57,926 bases of DNA, from contig ADNK01003239.1 of assembly GCA_000320545.1 (NCBI GenBank), positions 1-57,926 of the forward strand. Direction: 5' to 3'. Within the stretch, counting starts at the first letter, position 1; the number at the start of each line of letters is the position of its first letter. Of this stretch, positions 14,291 to 26,914 are shown piece by piece. Source of the DNA: Bigelowiella natans CCMP2755 (Eukaryota > Protista > Cercozoa). The notes below the pieces were generated by a model, which searched no databases, was not told the origin of the DNA, and saw only the letters and a list, made by a program, of their open reading frames with translations. The translations under genes were made by a program, and so were the position numbers.

Positions 14291-16138
14291 TACACTGAAA
14301 CTTGCACAAAAGGGTTCGTTATATATTTCATCCCCCTCCCCCCCTGGTTAAATCCACCTGCTGCTCCTCTCTGCACCCTCCTCCTCCTCCTCCTCCTCCT
14401 CCTCCTCCTCCTCCTAATCCTCCTCCTCCTCATATAGAATCCCTCGGCTGCTGCTGACGCTTTCCATAAAAGTGTGAAACTATTCACTCCTGGCTCACGG
14501 CTCGGAAGCAAGAAGAAAGTCAGCTTCACTCATGATAGAGACATCGAAATCAAGGCCAAGTACTACGATGTAGCAGCCAATGACGACAATGGCAGTAGTG
14601 GTGATGGCGCTGACGACGACAACGACGACGACGCCATTGCTCTGTTCAACGTGACAGGGGTTGCTAAAGCTCTTAGCAAAGTCCAAAACCGTACGGATGA
14701 AGACCCGAAGATAAGTCTCTCCTTCCGACTGACGGGGAGCGGCACCCTGGAGATCGTAAATGCGTACGCCTCGGTGCAAAGAACCCAGGTCATTGTGAAG
14801 TCCAAGAAATCCAGCAGCACCAAAATTAAGAAGGTATTGCTCTCGTCAGCATTTTGTCTATGATGTGCTCCTTGAGCTGCTACTGCTACTAAGTGGGCTT
14901 GATGATGATGATGATGATGATAATGGTGATGACAGGACGCCTTGAAAGACATGCTAAATCAAGACAAAAACTTCACGCGGTGCGAGAGCAGTGACAACAG
15001 CTGTAGCTCTTGTAAGTACTATGCCACACCGTGCAAGACATTCTCCGAGTGTACGAAGGAGGACAAGGCGGCAAATGCGACGGGCGACGATGACGACAAT
15101 AGCGCAAAGAACAAGAACTCCAAGCTTGGGTTTGTGCTTCGACTGGCTCTCTCTGAGGGGCAGACCTGCCAATACCGAGCAGCGGAAGAAGGGGGAGATG
15201 AAGAAGATGCAGGATGCTACACCAAACAGGATCAGCCGTGCTACCAAGTCGTAGAAGCGGAGGAGGAGGGGGAGGAGGAGAATAAGGAGGCCGCCCAAGA
15301 TGAGCAGGAAGAGGGAAGCAAAGGGGGTGACAGCGCTAACCCAGATGAAGAGGCGGCGTCGTCCTCCTCCTCCTCGAATGAAACTTCCACAGCCGCAGTA
15401 GATGAAAAGGATGAAGACGAAGCCGTGAAGACGAAGCTAGTCTGGACGAGGAAGAATCTCAAGACCAAGTATGTGGCTTTTGGAACGGTACGGATCATGA
15501 TCGTGATGATGATAATGATGATGATGATGATGATGGTGATAATCATGAGGATGATGCTTTCCCTTCCACGCTTCTTCTTCTTCTTCATTCCTCTCCTCCT
15601 TTCATGTCTTCTCTCTCTCGTCATATCCGCTCATGATACTCATTACGATTATTTCTAACCTCTCCTCATCCAGGTAAAGCGATTGTCCCGTAAGCAAATG
15701 CAAGAGGAGAAGAGCATGCTCGAGGCACTCTCAGAAGCCGACGAAGAGAAGCAAAGGTTAGTAGAAACTTGATTGCAAAGTTGTTTGGCTGAAGGATTAA
15801 ATTGCCACTCCGATGTAGATATCTATTATCGTCGTCGTCGTCGTCGTTATCTTCTCGCTATCATAATGCATCACCTTCTCATCGTCCCTCTCCTCTCTGC
15901 CATTACTCGACTCGATACGACGCGATGATTATACAGAATTGCTGCCTCTAAGAACAAGCTCGAGGGTTACGTGTACAGTGCCCGTGGGGTGCTGAGAGAT
16001 GAAGTCGGCGAGGAGGTGACTACGGAGGAAGAGAGGGAGGAGCTGTTGGAGAAACTTGAGGCGGCCGAAGACTGGCTCTATGAGCAGGTGGGTGTTGTTT
16101 GGAACCTTGCTTGCCTCTGTCGACAACGCTGTTGCTAC

Positions 16139-16174
<36 letters not shown>

Positions 16175-16215
16175 AGCGATCAAGATGGTAAGGATGATGG
16201 TGGTAATCAATTACC

Positions 16216-16305
<90 letters not shown>

Positions 16306-16858
16306 GAGGTTGAAGATGACAGTGTGGAGAAGTTTGAGGGCAAGTACAAGGAGCTTAAGGGCCTCATGGCTTCAGTGGAGCACAGAGCCAGCGAATACGA
16401 AAAGAGGCCAGAAGCAATAGAGAAAATCAAGGAGATTCTAGCTGAGAGCGACAAATGGGTCGGAAAGCTCAAGAATCGTTCTTGGATTAAGAAGGATGAT
16501 GTCAATGGGCTGGAAGATAAGGTGGGAGAAGAGCAATGACGATCTAAACCACAAAAAAAGGGAGGGGGGAAGGGAAGAATGCATCATCATTATCATCATC
16601 AATATCGTATTCGTAGATAATAAAGCTAAGTGATTGGACTGATGAGGCTGAAAAGAAGCAGGCTGAGACGCCGCTCACTGAGGTAGTAGGACGGCTTGTA
16701 GCCAACCCTCCGTTCTTCTCCTTCTCCTTCTTCTTCTTCTTCTTCTTCTTCTTCTTCTTGTTCTTCTTCTTCTCGTGCAATAGCACGAGGGGCCCATTGC
16801 TGTGTCATGTTCCTATGATGTCTTCGATGAATAAATGGATATACACACAATAGTTATA

Positions 16859-16889
<31 letters not shown>

Positions 16890-16892
16890 CGT

Positions 16893-16954
<62 letters not shown>

Positions 16955-17124
16955 GTGTGAGTGTTGTAATGTTTCTATCAATGTTGTTTGTTGGTTGGTT
17001 GGTTAGGCTCCCTACTTCAATTCGTCAACAGCTTACTCCAAGCTTCAGAATGTCATCAAGGCTGCTGAGAGACTTCTGGTTGTGCTTCCACCATATCAAC
17101 AATGACAATGATGATCATATTCCT

Positions 17125-17180
<56 letters not shown>

Positions 17181-17497
17181 ATATGCATATTTGTTTAGCC
17201 AAACATGTGTGTCTTTTCCTGCACTACACATCATCCATCAATCGTAAAGCTGCATTTAACTTTAACCATCCATCCCGTCGTAGCAGTGCTTCTTTTTATG
17301 GCTTTACTGCGACTATTACTCACCACGATAATTATCATCATCATTTATTGAGTTATTATTTGTATTATCAGAGCAAGAAGAAACCCAAGGCACCGCCCAA
17401 ACCTCTGGATTACGTCCGTTGTGAGACTGGTAAAAGAACAACAACAACAAGAAAAAGAAGAATGATCGATTATACCACACTCCCTCATGATGACGAC

Positions 17498-17529
<32 letters not shown>

Positions 17530-18074
17530 CGTCATCGTCGTCGTTGTGTCCATCATCTACCACGAGATATCTCATCGATCTATCCATCTTCAGGTGTCAA
17601 TAAAACAGCGTGTGGCCGATGTACGCACTATGCTAGCGGCTGCTATTCGTTTGATACCTGCAAGGTAGTAACAGCAGTGCTATTATTGTGCTGTTTATTT
17701 ATTCATTGATTGGCGACGCTCATCACCTAACGACACACGGATTAAATTTGGTGTGCTGCGAATAGCTACAAACCTGTCACAATATCTATTTATTTCGTCG
17801 GAGCAGCATTCTGTCACGAGTTGTTCTCGCTAGTATTAATTCAAGGATGATCGAGTTGGGAATCATTTGCCAGCAGGACGCTCCTCACGACTAACCCCTC
17901 TCCTTGCATCGTTCTTCTGTTGGTTTGATGATGTGGTATACTCATGAAGACGAATAACACTCGATACGCGCTTTACGGGAAGTCAAAGTGCAGTTATTCA
18001 AAGGCGGAGAAAGGATGCGTGTATTCAGCAACAAAGGACACCTTGTTAGCCTACCCATGTTACAAGGTGGTAGT

Positions 18075-18107
<33 letters not shown>

Positions 18108-18216
18108 TAGTACCGGCAAGCATTCTTCCTCTCTCCCTCCCACTCTCTCTCTTTCTTTCTTTCTTACTATGTGTGCATAAATGCCAACACACACAAACAC
18201 ACAAACACACACACAC

Positions 18217-18247
<31 letters not shown>

Positions 18248-18526
18248 TGAAATAAGCAATGAGGCTATTATCGTGACACCAACACCAACCTTCGCTATTG
18301 TTGCCAGGGCGTCCCAAAGAAGAAAAATACTGCAAAAGCGAAGAATGCGGACAAGAGCAAAGAAGCAAACGCTACTGCTGACGATCCCGCCGCTCCCAAC
18401 ACTGCGGACGGCGATGATACAGCAACAGATGGTGCTAATGCTGATGAAGATACTCCTCCCTCATCATCTTCTTCAGGTTCCAGTGACGAATCTTCCGCAG
18501 AGGATCCTGAGAAAGACGAATTGTAA
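11113..18526 (+). CDS. HYOU1: ER-luminal large Hsp70 / nucleotide-exchange factor Grp170 (HYOU1/Lhs1 family), multi-exon
   Basis: Signal peptide MRRGPSFNVVVWLALALNVQA followed by IMSIDFGSNFVK; SKRKSPSIVAFD; DAVIAVPSYW..QRQAMLDAGELAGL..LVNENTAAAVQYG; LGGNAFD; IIGGSVRIPAVQ; LDGDESVALGA; KNKLEGYVY..EDWLYE; the last exon ends EDPEKDEL-TAA (18512-18526). Confidence 0.95.
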
Positions 18527-18609
18527 TCGTCAGGAATCATTTGAGAGCAGGCAGATGGACGTGAGAACAGCACGGGAAATAGCGTCACATATATTATATT
18601 CATTGCGAT

Positions 18610-19130
18610 TAATCTAGTAATATGCGCTTTGAGATGCAGATGCTTATCACAAAGTAATTGTCATTGTCATTGCGAATGTCAAGCAGATTGTTGATTTCCA
18701 TGATGATCATCCGGACGCATGCGCAGCTGCAGCATGCTAGCATGCAGCCTTCGCTAGCACGATGCATGTCGTCTAGATGTGCGCGCGCATGTCGATCATG
18801 ATGTCGTAGCCTGCTGTGGGCCATGCTAGCATGCTAGCATGTAAGACGGATGTAATCAATCAAATTAAGTTTATTTGTTCAATGGTTATCCTAATATGCA
18901 TAGCTGTGCAATGCAGCGCTAGAGCTAGCGGCTAGGCACATCTAGACATGCATCATTTAGTTCGCGCAAAGCGTGGATGTCCAGATCTAGCTAGAGATGT
19001 GTGCGATGCACGCACGCGCGAATGATTGCATCGTAAATGCGATTGATCGCACCTCTTCGCGCACGTTTTAATAAAGAGTTTGAACATGTGAGAACTGCAT
19101 TGAATTTTATTTGATACATGTGCGCGGGGT
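18610..19130. repeat. Palindrome-rich island at the convergent HYOU1 / CG-1-bZIP junction
   Basis: GCATGCTAGCATGC runs, TCTAGA at 18772 and 18941, GCGCGC. Confidence 0.7.
18841..18950 (+). repeat. Dispersed copy of one arm of the 57.1-57.4 kb foldback element
   Basis: agacggatgtaatcaatcaaattaagtttatttgttcaatggttatcctaatatgcatagctgtgcaatgc aligns with 57343-57405 and is likewise followed by TCTAGA (18941). Confidence 0.75.
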
Positions 19131-19388
19131 CCGTGAAAATAAACAACTGATTGTAAACCTCGATGCGGTATGTCTGTATTGCAGTTGTCAGGGAATTAAG
19201 CCAGAATTAAGATGCTGCCGTGGTGGTGCTTTGTCCGCTACGATACAGTGTATTTCACGTCAATCCAGATGCAATGGCAGGTCTCCTCAGAGACTGCTTT
19301 CATTTGGGGGAAATACCAATGGAAAATTCTTTATAAAAATGTATAATAGCACTTACGATGATTGATTGCCTTGCCGTCGTCCGTGATG

Positions 19389-20838
19389 CTATTTGAGAGA
19401 GAGAAGCGAGTGGTCTCCTACAGTGCTCGTTCCACCAGGCATATCACCGATGGCACTTAAATCTGCGTCCTCTGACGACGACAAAGGGCCAAGATTCTAC
19501 CAACACATACGTACAGTCCTCTTATCAATGTTTGTTGCCATCTTCAATTTGTAAAAATGACCAAACATCATTTCACTACTACTACTACTACTATCACCCT
19601 CCGGAGAAGAAAAAGAAGAAGAAGAAGAAGATGATGATGAAATATGGTGTCTTTAGTAAAATAAGAGTATTATAATATATCTACCGGTGTAAGATTAAGC
19701 GGATTCAGGCCTGCAAACCCCCCCCCACTCGTTGCTGCTGAATTGCCCTTCTCTTCATTTGATTGGTGCTATTAATAAACACAACGACGACGAGAACGAG
19801 CGAAGTCAAACCAAAGCGACATCATAATGATAGCAGCAACTTCCTCCATCAAAAAAGCCGTACGTTGCGTCGCGTTGCATTGCATGTGCTTATTTTGTCG
19901 ATAATCATCATAATCATCGTTCCATCATTATTTTGTGTCTCCTCCCCTTCCCCCTCCTCCCCACCATAATCGTCGCCCTTACTCCTCCTCCTCCTCCTCC
20001 TCCTCCTCCTCCTACTACTACTACCTCTGCCATGTTGGTAGTCGAAATGGAAGCAGCTTGATGATTGTTTGGAGGAGTTGTTTTCACGGCTGCTGCGACA
20101 ACCGAATTCCAGTCGGCGAGCACAGGCTTCATGCTAAAAGAAAGGTTCAGTAGTAAGTCATAATAACCAATATTATGATGATGATGATGATGATGATGAC
20201 GACGATGATGATGATGGGTGGCCGAAGCGCGAATCGTATTCCGAAACATAGTATTGCTCATGTGGAGGAAGAGGAGGACACACATACACATACACACACG
20301 CTCTCCCTCTCTCTCCCTCTCTCTCTCCCTCTCACTCACACACCTCTGCGGGTTGTCCTGGAGCCATGTTACTAGAGTAGCAGCTTGCTTTGGGGACAGC
20401 AACTGACAGAATGAAAGAACAGAGAAGTAGCGGGGGAGAAGAAGGGAGGGAAAAGCGTTCTTACATCAGGCACTATGGGCGCTACCACCACAACCACCCC
20501 CACCCCCACTACCACTACTACCACTAGAAGCAAAACGAAGGAAACATTGGTGCGTAGATAATTCGCAAATAATCATTGATGAATGGCCTCCTCCTACCAC
20601 TACTACGAGGAGTACGTGCGAATCGCTACAGCTATGCACGCTACAAACACGCACCCAACAAGCACATACATGCGTACATAGTAAGTACCCTCAGGCATTG
20701 ATCGAGAACTTGGTGCCTGTCTTCCAAATGATCCTCTATCAAGCTGCGCAGCTTTCCAATAGCCTCCATCACCTTGGACAACGAATTCCTTTTGTGGCGA
20801 CAACAACAATAACAACAACATCAACAACAATTTCAATA

Positions 20839-20869
<31 letters not shown>

Positions 20870-21673
20870 GTGGTAGTAGTAATGATAAGTAAAAGCTGAA
20901 AACAGTAATAGATCATCACATCCACAATGGAGTAACAAAGCGGGTGGAAGAGCAAGATATTTGCCTCTGATGATGATGATGATGGATGATGATGACAATG
21001 ATGATGTGCTAAGATATGGAAAGAGTGCTTTTAGGAGGAGGAGAAGGAGGAGGAGGAGAAGGAGGAGGAGGAGGAGGAGGAGGAGGAGGAGGAGGCGAGA
21101 TTTAACAGAATAACAAAATTAACTAGGACAGCGGCGAGCAAGCGTCTCTTTTTCGAGGAGTGCATCGACCTAAGAAGGTGATGTTCACCCGTAATGATGA
21201 TGATGATGATGATGATGGTCCTTCTAATCATTCAGCGTTATAAGTGCTATTCTAGTACCCCCCCCCCCCCTCTAAGTCACTATATACCCCCTCCCCTTTA
21301 CCTGTTGCGGGCTGAGCTTGAGTTTCTGATTTATGAGGTTTCCGTACAATCCTCCTTCTCCAACACGCAATGAGCTCGAAGCCTGATCCTTTCATCATAT
21401 ATCAATCTATTATTCGAGCAACGTCAAAGGTGGTGGTGTGTATTTGCCATCATAACCTGCTCACCATTTCCTCCACCCCATCATCATCATCATCATCATC
21501 ATCATCATAATCATCATCATCATATAAGCATCTACATATTAACTGCTACTACCACTACTTTCTACTACTGCTACTACTACTACACTGTTACTACCAGACT
21601 CCACAAACAGAACTTGGCCTCATCACCGGGAGAGACGGCACGTACAAGCTGAAATTATATAAATATGTAAATT

Positions 21674-21714
<41 letters not shown>

Positions 21715-22880
21715 CATATGTGTGAATATATATATTACGTTTTGGATGCTAGAGTTGGAATCGGTCCTTTGCCTCTTGCGAGAGTTCCCCACAAACCGCT
21801 AATAATAACACAATCAATGGTTTCCACGATGATGACATCATAATCCATGATTTTCTGTATTATGAGGTAGTACTACTTTAACAACGACGCCACTCCTCCT
21901 CCTCCTCCTCCTCCTCCTCCTACTACTACTACTACCACTACTTTTACCCCCAAACCTACCTGTATAAGTTGCTGAATTTCGCGGTCTTGTTGGCCATCAT
22001 TGATCGCATTTCGAATCAATTGCACCTGTAAATTACAAAGACAGAATGTATGTGTGGAGTAAGAAAGGTAAAAAGCGTATTGCACTCTCCTCCCCCCCCC
22101 CCCCCTTCATCATGATCATCCATCCACTCTTTGACAACCTTCACCCCGACCTACTCGCTATCGATAGCACTAAATAATACACACATATTTGATAAGGAAT
22201 CACCAGTTGATGTTGGTCTTTCCGATGTGATGCTTCACCATTTTGAGATTTGGCCTGTCGTAGTAGTCATTTGGAGGAGGAGGGGGGAGGGGGGAGGAGG
22301 AGGAGGGGGTTTCAAAAATAAACTGCTACTCGATCGCGTATTATTAATTTACTATTTATCATTGGAACTACTACTAGTACTACTACTACTACTACTATAG
22401 TCACCATGGTTTGAAGCTTCTGCTGCAATAGAGAAGCCTTTTCCTCCAAACTCTGGATATAGGCCTTCTTTCTTCGTCGGCAAGCCCGAGCAACTTCAGC
22501 CTTCCTCGCTTTCCGTTTGGCGTTCTTATCTTCGTGCATGTTGATCTTGGTGTCTCCCCCCCCAGGACCGCTCCCACCGCGTCCAGCCATCCCCGACATA
22601 ATGAATGCAGTATTGCTGGAGGCAGCAGCACCTCCCATTGCTCCTGCTCCTCCTCCAATACCACCGTCGTAGACCCCCCCCCCCATTGCTCCTGCCCCTC
22701 CTCCTACTCCAACCCCGCCCACTCGCTGCATCATCATGCCGTTGGATGTTCCTTGCTGCTGCTGCTGCTGCAAACAAACAAACAATCCATCAATCAACCA
22801 ACCAACCAACCAACCGTGCGACTACTTGGTGAGAATATCAAGCATGATGCTGCTGCCGTATCGAACAATCGCTCGTGCTT

Positions 22881-22916
<36 letters not shown>

Positions 22917-23537
22917 CATTACCATAGAGCGATGGCCCGTCATCCTCATTCCTTCGATTTGATGAAAATTTGGCTGTTGTTGCTGAAATATGATGCGGAA
23001 AACATGCACATCACATCCTACACTCTCATCTTCTTGCGAGAATAATGCGATGATTTGTGATTCTTCTACGATATTGATAAAAGAGTAAGGTGTGCTATGT
23101 GTTGCCACCACCACCACCACCTGGCTGCTATTGTTGTCGAATCTGGAGCGCGTCGTAGCAGTCGCACCAAGGCGTTGTTGTTGTTGTTGTTGCCTATATG
23201 TGCAGAAGTTATCATATCCACTTTTCACCTCAATACTCACTTCTCCTCCCCCCCTCGCAGGAGAGCACAAAACAACGAGACTTGTTGCCGTTGTAACACT
23301 AACATCAACTACTTCTCAAGCGATGGCAAGATGATTCACAAGACGACGACGATGACGACGCAAAGAGTGCTGGCAGCACAATGATAACCTATGGTGATCC
23401 TCGGCTGAAAAGTCAGTGGAGTCGCTGTTGGAAGCCACCGACGAAGCGGAGAGGTAGTGAACAAGAATAATATGCGGTCGTTGCGCAAGCCAGTAGCCTC
23501 GTCTGATGAGAGGATGAAGACCAAACACACACACATA

Positions 23538-23568
<31 letters not shown>

Positions 23569-24047
23569 GTATATAAATATTTTATAATTTGTAAATAAAT
23601 ATACATCATTACAAAGCAAGCTTACGTCTGGCAAACTGTTGATTAGAGAAAGGACATTAGAAAGTAGCAGTAGTTGTTGTTGTTGTTGTTGTAGTAGTAG
23701 AACCTCCTGAATCCGAGAGTGTGAAGATTCTCAGCACACGAGAGACTACCAATACCTAGTAGTAGTAGCAGGGAGGACGAGGAGGACAGCAGTTAATGCA
23801 TTGCACAGGGAAAAAGCGCTCAATCATTGGTAGTACTACCATTCACTTTAATCGATGTGAAATCCCCGGGTCCGGAATTCTTCCATCTGATGATAGGAAA
23901 AGGCATAGCAATTAACAATCTTACAGTTTTGCTACTTTTTAAATAAGAAGAAAAAGACAACGTTCGGATTATCAAAATGCTTTGGCTGGGTATGCGGGAG
24001 TTCCGCACACCTAGATAACTAGCCAGTGAGTACTCGCAGATAAGTAC

Positions 24048-24083
<36 letters not shown>

Positions 24084-24101
24084 CAGGAATCACATTAGAG
24101 G

Positions 24102-24146
<45 letters not shown>

Positions 24147-24591
24147 GATTAATGATAGATTGATATGTAAATAATGAACAAATCAATTATTATGTATCAC
24201 TATGAATTGAGAGTAGAAGAAGAAGAAGTAGTAGTAGTAGTAGTAGTAGTGGTAGCAGTAGTACGTACCTATAACCATCTTCATACCAATCAGGAGCTGT
24301 CCTTCCATCATAAAGAAACACGCTTCCGGATGGGCTCGGCCGTTGAGCGGGCTGGTAGCTAAGAGGGAATCCATGTTCCGTATAATTTGCGAGGATATCT
24401 ACACTTTCTTGAACCTAAAGATTTGCAGTACTAAATCAACAAGATTTGCAGTACTACATCAACACCTTCCTTTTTTCTTGCCGCACATTAAGTCTCTCAT
24501 ACTAAGGAAAAGCGGGCCTCATTTTTACCGTAAGCCATCGTATCTTGGCAGCCTTGATGACGCCCTTGATATGATCGTAGTTGGTTGTCAT
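19389..24591 (-). CDS. Transcription factor with an N-terminal CG-1 (CAMTA-type) DNA-binding domain, a bZIP and a helical C-terminal (DOG1-like) region
   Basis: Spliced in phase: MTTNYDHIKGVIKAAKIRWLT|VQESVDILANY..RPSPSGSVFLYD..EDGYR|WKNSG..IKVNG|..GFRR|RGYWLAQRPHIILVHYL (CG-1). Gln-rich exons follow, then KRKARKAEVARACRRRKKAYIQSLEEKASLLQQKLQTM (bZIP, ~22405-22530), AKFCLWSL, LKLSPQQVDAL and LLSPKQAATLVTWL. Probable stop TAG at 19389. Confidence 0.85.
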
Positions 24592-25118
24592 CGTTATCCG
24601 CAGCCGCGAACTCTCTGTAAGGTACTTTGAGGAGGGAGGAGGCGCCACGCCGCGGGCAATAACTGATGCACTAACGTCAATAACGGTTATTCGCTACTTA
24701 ATCCCGGCATTACCCGGAATTTTTGAGATCTGAAGGAGGGGAAATCGACGACGGGACATGGTGCACAACGGAGATTTGGAGGCGATTTAGGAGTATTTTT
24801 GGCGTGTCGCAACCGTTTTTGGGATAAAACCGAGGTTTTGGCACATTGTGGAGGGACAACAATGGCCGGCTACGTACGTCGGTTGGATACATGTATCATG
24901 ATTTACTGCACAGAGGAGCATGCTACGTGGATGAATGTCTTCTCCTTGTTCGACCGATGTGATGGATACGTGAAGAGGGGTACTACTGCTGCTACTGCTA
25001 CTGCTGGCTTCCATGCCTCCTGCAATGACTAATGATCATCTATACTCCTTAGCAACAGCACCTGCCTCGCCCAAAACTATTCAACCCCACCAAGCTGCCA
25101 TGATATGCTGAAACATCT
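24592..25118. promoter_or_regulatory. Short divergent promoter region, CG-1-bZIP / RluA-N gene
   Basis: Head-to-head ATGs at most ~530 bp apart; TGTCGCA at 24805. Confidence 0.55.
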
Positions 25119-25745
25119 ATGGGGGGGAGGAAAAAGCTATGGATGGTCAGGCATTGGATCTCAATACCCATTTTCGCTCTCCTTGCCCTTGGGATGATGC
25201 AAAAGAGCTATCAACGTTACTCGAATGTTAGGCTGACTGCGAGCCTGACGATGACCCCGGTGAGATTTGCTCGCTTAAAGAAAAGTTGTATTATTTTCCA
25301 GTATGGCAGTGAAATTCCAGCAGAACCACGGTTGTCCAGAGTAGCAACAAAGGTCCGAGAACGACCTTTTGAAGAGGAAGAATTACAATACCAAGGATTC
25401 TGCAGGTAGTATGTGCATCATCTATCTCACCCATTGTGCAGCCCCGCTTTCAAAGAAAAGCTATGAGTACAGCCAAGCAAGCTCATTCTCTGATGCACTA
25501 AATCATCAGCACATGCGGGTGTTCGCATGCAATTTTGTCCTCGCCGGAAGCACGAGAGGCCTGCGTTCGGATACTGGTCCGTGAGACATGATGTACAGTG
25601 AGAGAAGATATATTATTTCTTCTGACTGCTGCTCGAATATCTCACATGATCAGAAAAACATCGAGGTTGAAGGCTGTGTGGATTTTGATGTATCTAAGAG
25701 TGGTAATTTCATTCTGTCCACAAATATATACAAATATATGTATAC

Positions 25746-25778
<33 letters not shown>

Positions 25779-26890
25779 CATATAATTCACACACCTATGC
25801 ACCATGCTCCATGGGGGAAGGAAGCATGCTTCAAAACATATTATGTGCACAGCAAGTCTCTCACACAGAATGGGTGTGTTGTTCTTCCAGAGAGGGATCA
25901 GAACCTTGGTACTGACTCGCTGCTAGATAACATCGGGAAGATGTTTGGAGTGCTTCTATGCGTGGACCCGAAAAGCGGTGAAAAAGTCTTCTTGAAGGTA
26001 GATGATGCGTCATTGTTCCATTTAAACCTACCTAATAACAATGCAATGTAGTTAACATCGGTGCTATTATAAGGCGTTTTCAGGGAATATTGGTGGACGA
26101 TGGCACGTAGAGGGGTGGGTAGACCCCGTGCTTACCCTTAACTATCAAAGCCAACACTACCAGGAGGAAATGAAACGTATACAGCGTTTGGGAGCTCAGA
26201 TCAGAGAATGGAAGGAGGAATCGGGGTATTTCCAAAGTATACTTCGGTGCATTTTTTCCTTGAGATCTATAGTACCTGATTTCACTTTCATATTCTTATC
26301 AGCGAAGAAATCTTAGACGACAGGATTGCTGTCGCTCGAGAGGAGCAGCGACAACTGTCGCGGAATCTCACCAAGGCAATGTGGCAGAGTGCCACTGTGA
26401 CGAATTTTAGAAAGGAGCAGAGCTCTCTTCAAAGTGTGTGGGACGAAGCTGCTGCTCGAGAAGGAGGTATGTGTGATTCAGAAAGACGTTGATGAATAAA
26501 AATATAAGCCGTAGTCCCGATTGCTTGCTAAGAAGCCTGACATTTGTGGAAGGAATGAAAAAGCCACTGAGCAGAATGCCTCCTAGTGGTTTTGGGGATT
26601 GCTGCGCTCCGAAGCTCCTCAACGCTGCTTCAAAGCTGTCATTGTGCCCAGTCTCCCTTGCGGAAGCATGGTAGTGGAATGTAAGTTTGAAGACTGACTT
26701 TTGCATGTAGTAATCCTCTTCTTCCTCCTCGGTTTTGCATAAAATGATGTCGTTCAGGTGGGGTAAGTCCCCTCCAGGGGGAGGTCGAGTGCCTTATCAA
26801 TTTTACCCGAGCTGCAAGGAAAAGTGCTCTCGATTGCTGGGATTCAGTTTGTGTGGTGCTGTGTCTTCACATGGCCGTCGACTGGCGTGA
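25119..26890 (+). CDS. Stand-alone homologue of the N-terminal domain of long bacterial RluA-family pseudouridine synthases (no catalytic domain), with a signal-peptide-like leader
   Basis: Spliced exons give GFCSTCGCSH, GKMFGVLLC, LK|AFSGNIGGRWHVEGWVDP, MPPSGFGDCCAPKLLNAA, LAEAW|WGKSP and FYPSCKEKCSRLLGFSLCG, then TGA at 26890. Motif match to long RluA N-termini is recalled, not searched. The start could lie upstream (ATG 24862). Confidence 0.75.
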
Positions 26891-26914
26891 CTACTACTAT
26901 GCTGTGATCATAAT

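Noticed and set aside
18610-19130. Palindromic islands read as CRISPR arrays, tRNA/snRNA genes or Helitron ends
   Set aside because: No regular repeat-spacer period, cloverleaf, or A/B boxes recognised. CTAG words are internal and numerous rather than a single terminal CTRR after a GC-rich hairpin.
22405-22530. bZIP gene as an aureochrome
   Set aside because: No LOV motif (GRNCRFLQ) in the downstream exons.
23950-24010. Possible extra or alternative exon within the CG-1 domain (CAELPHTQPKHFDNPN)
   Set aside because: No phase-compatible donor was found, and the CG-1 domain reads continuously without it.
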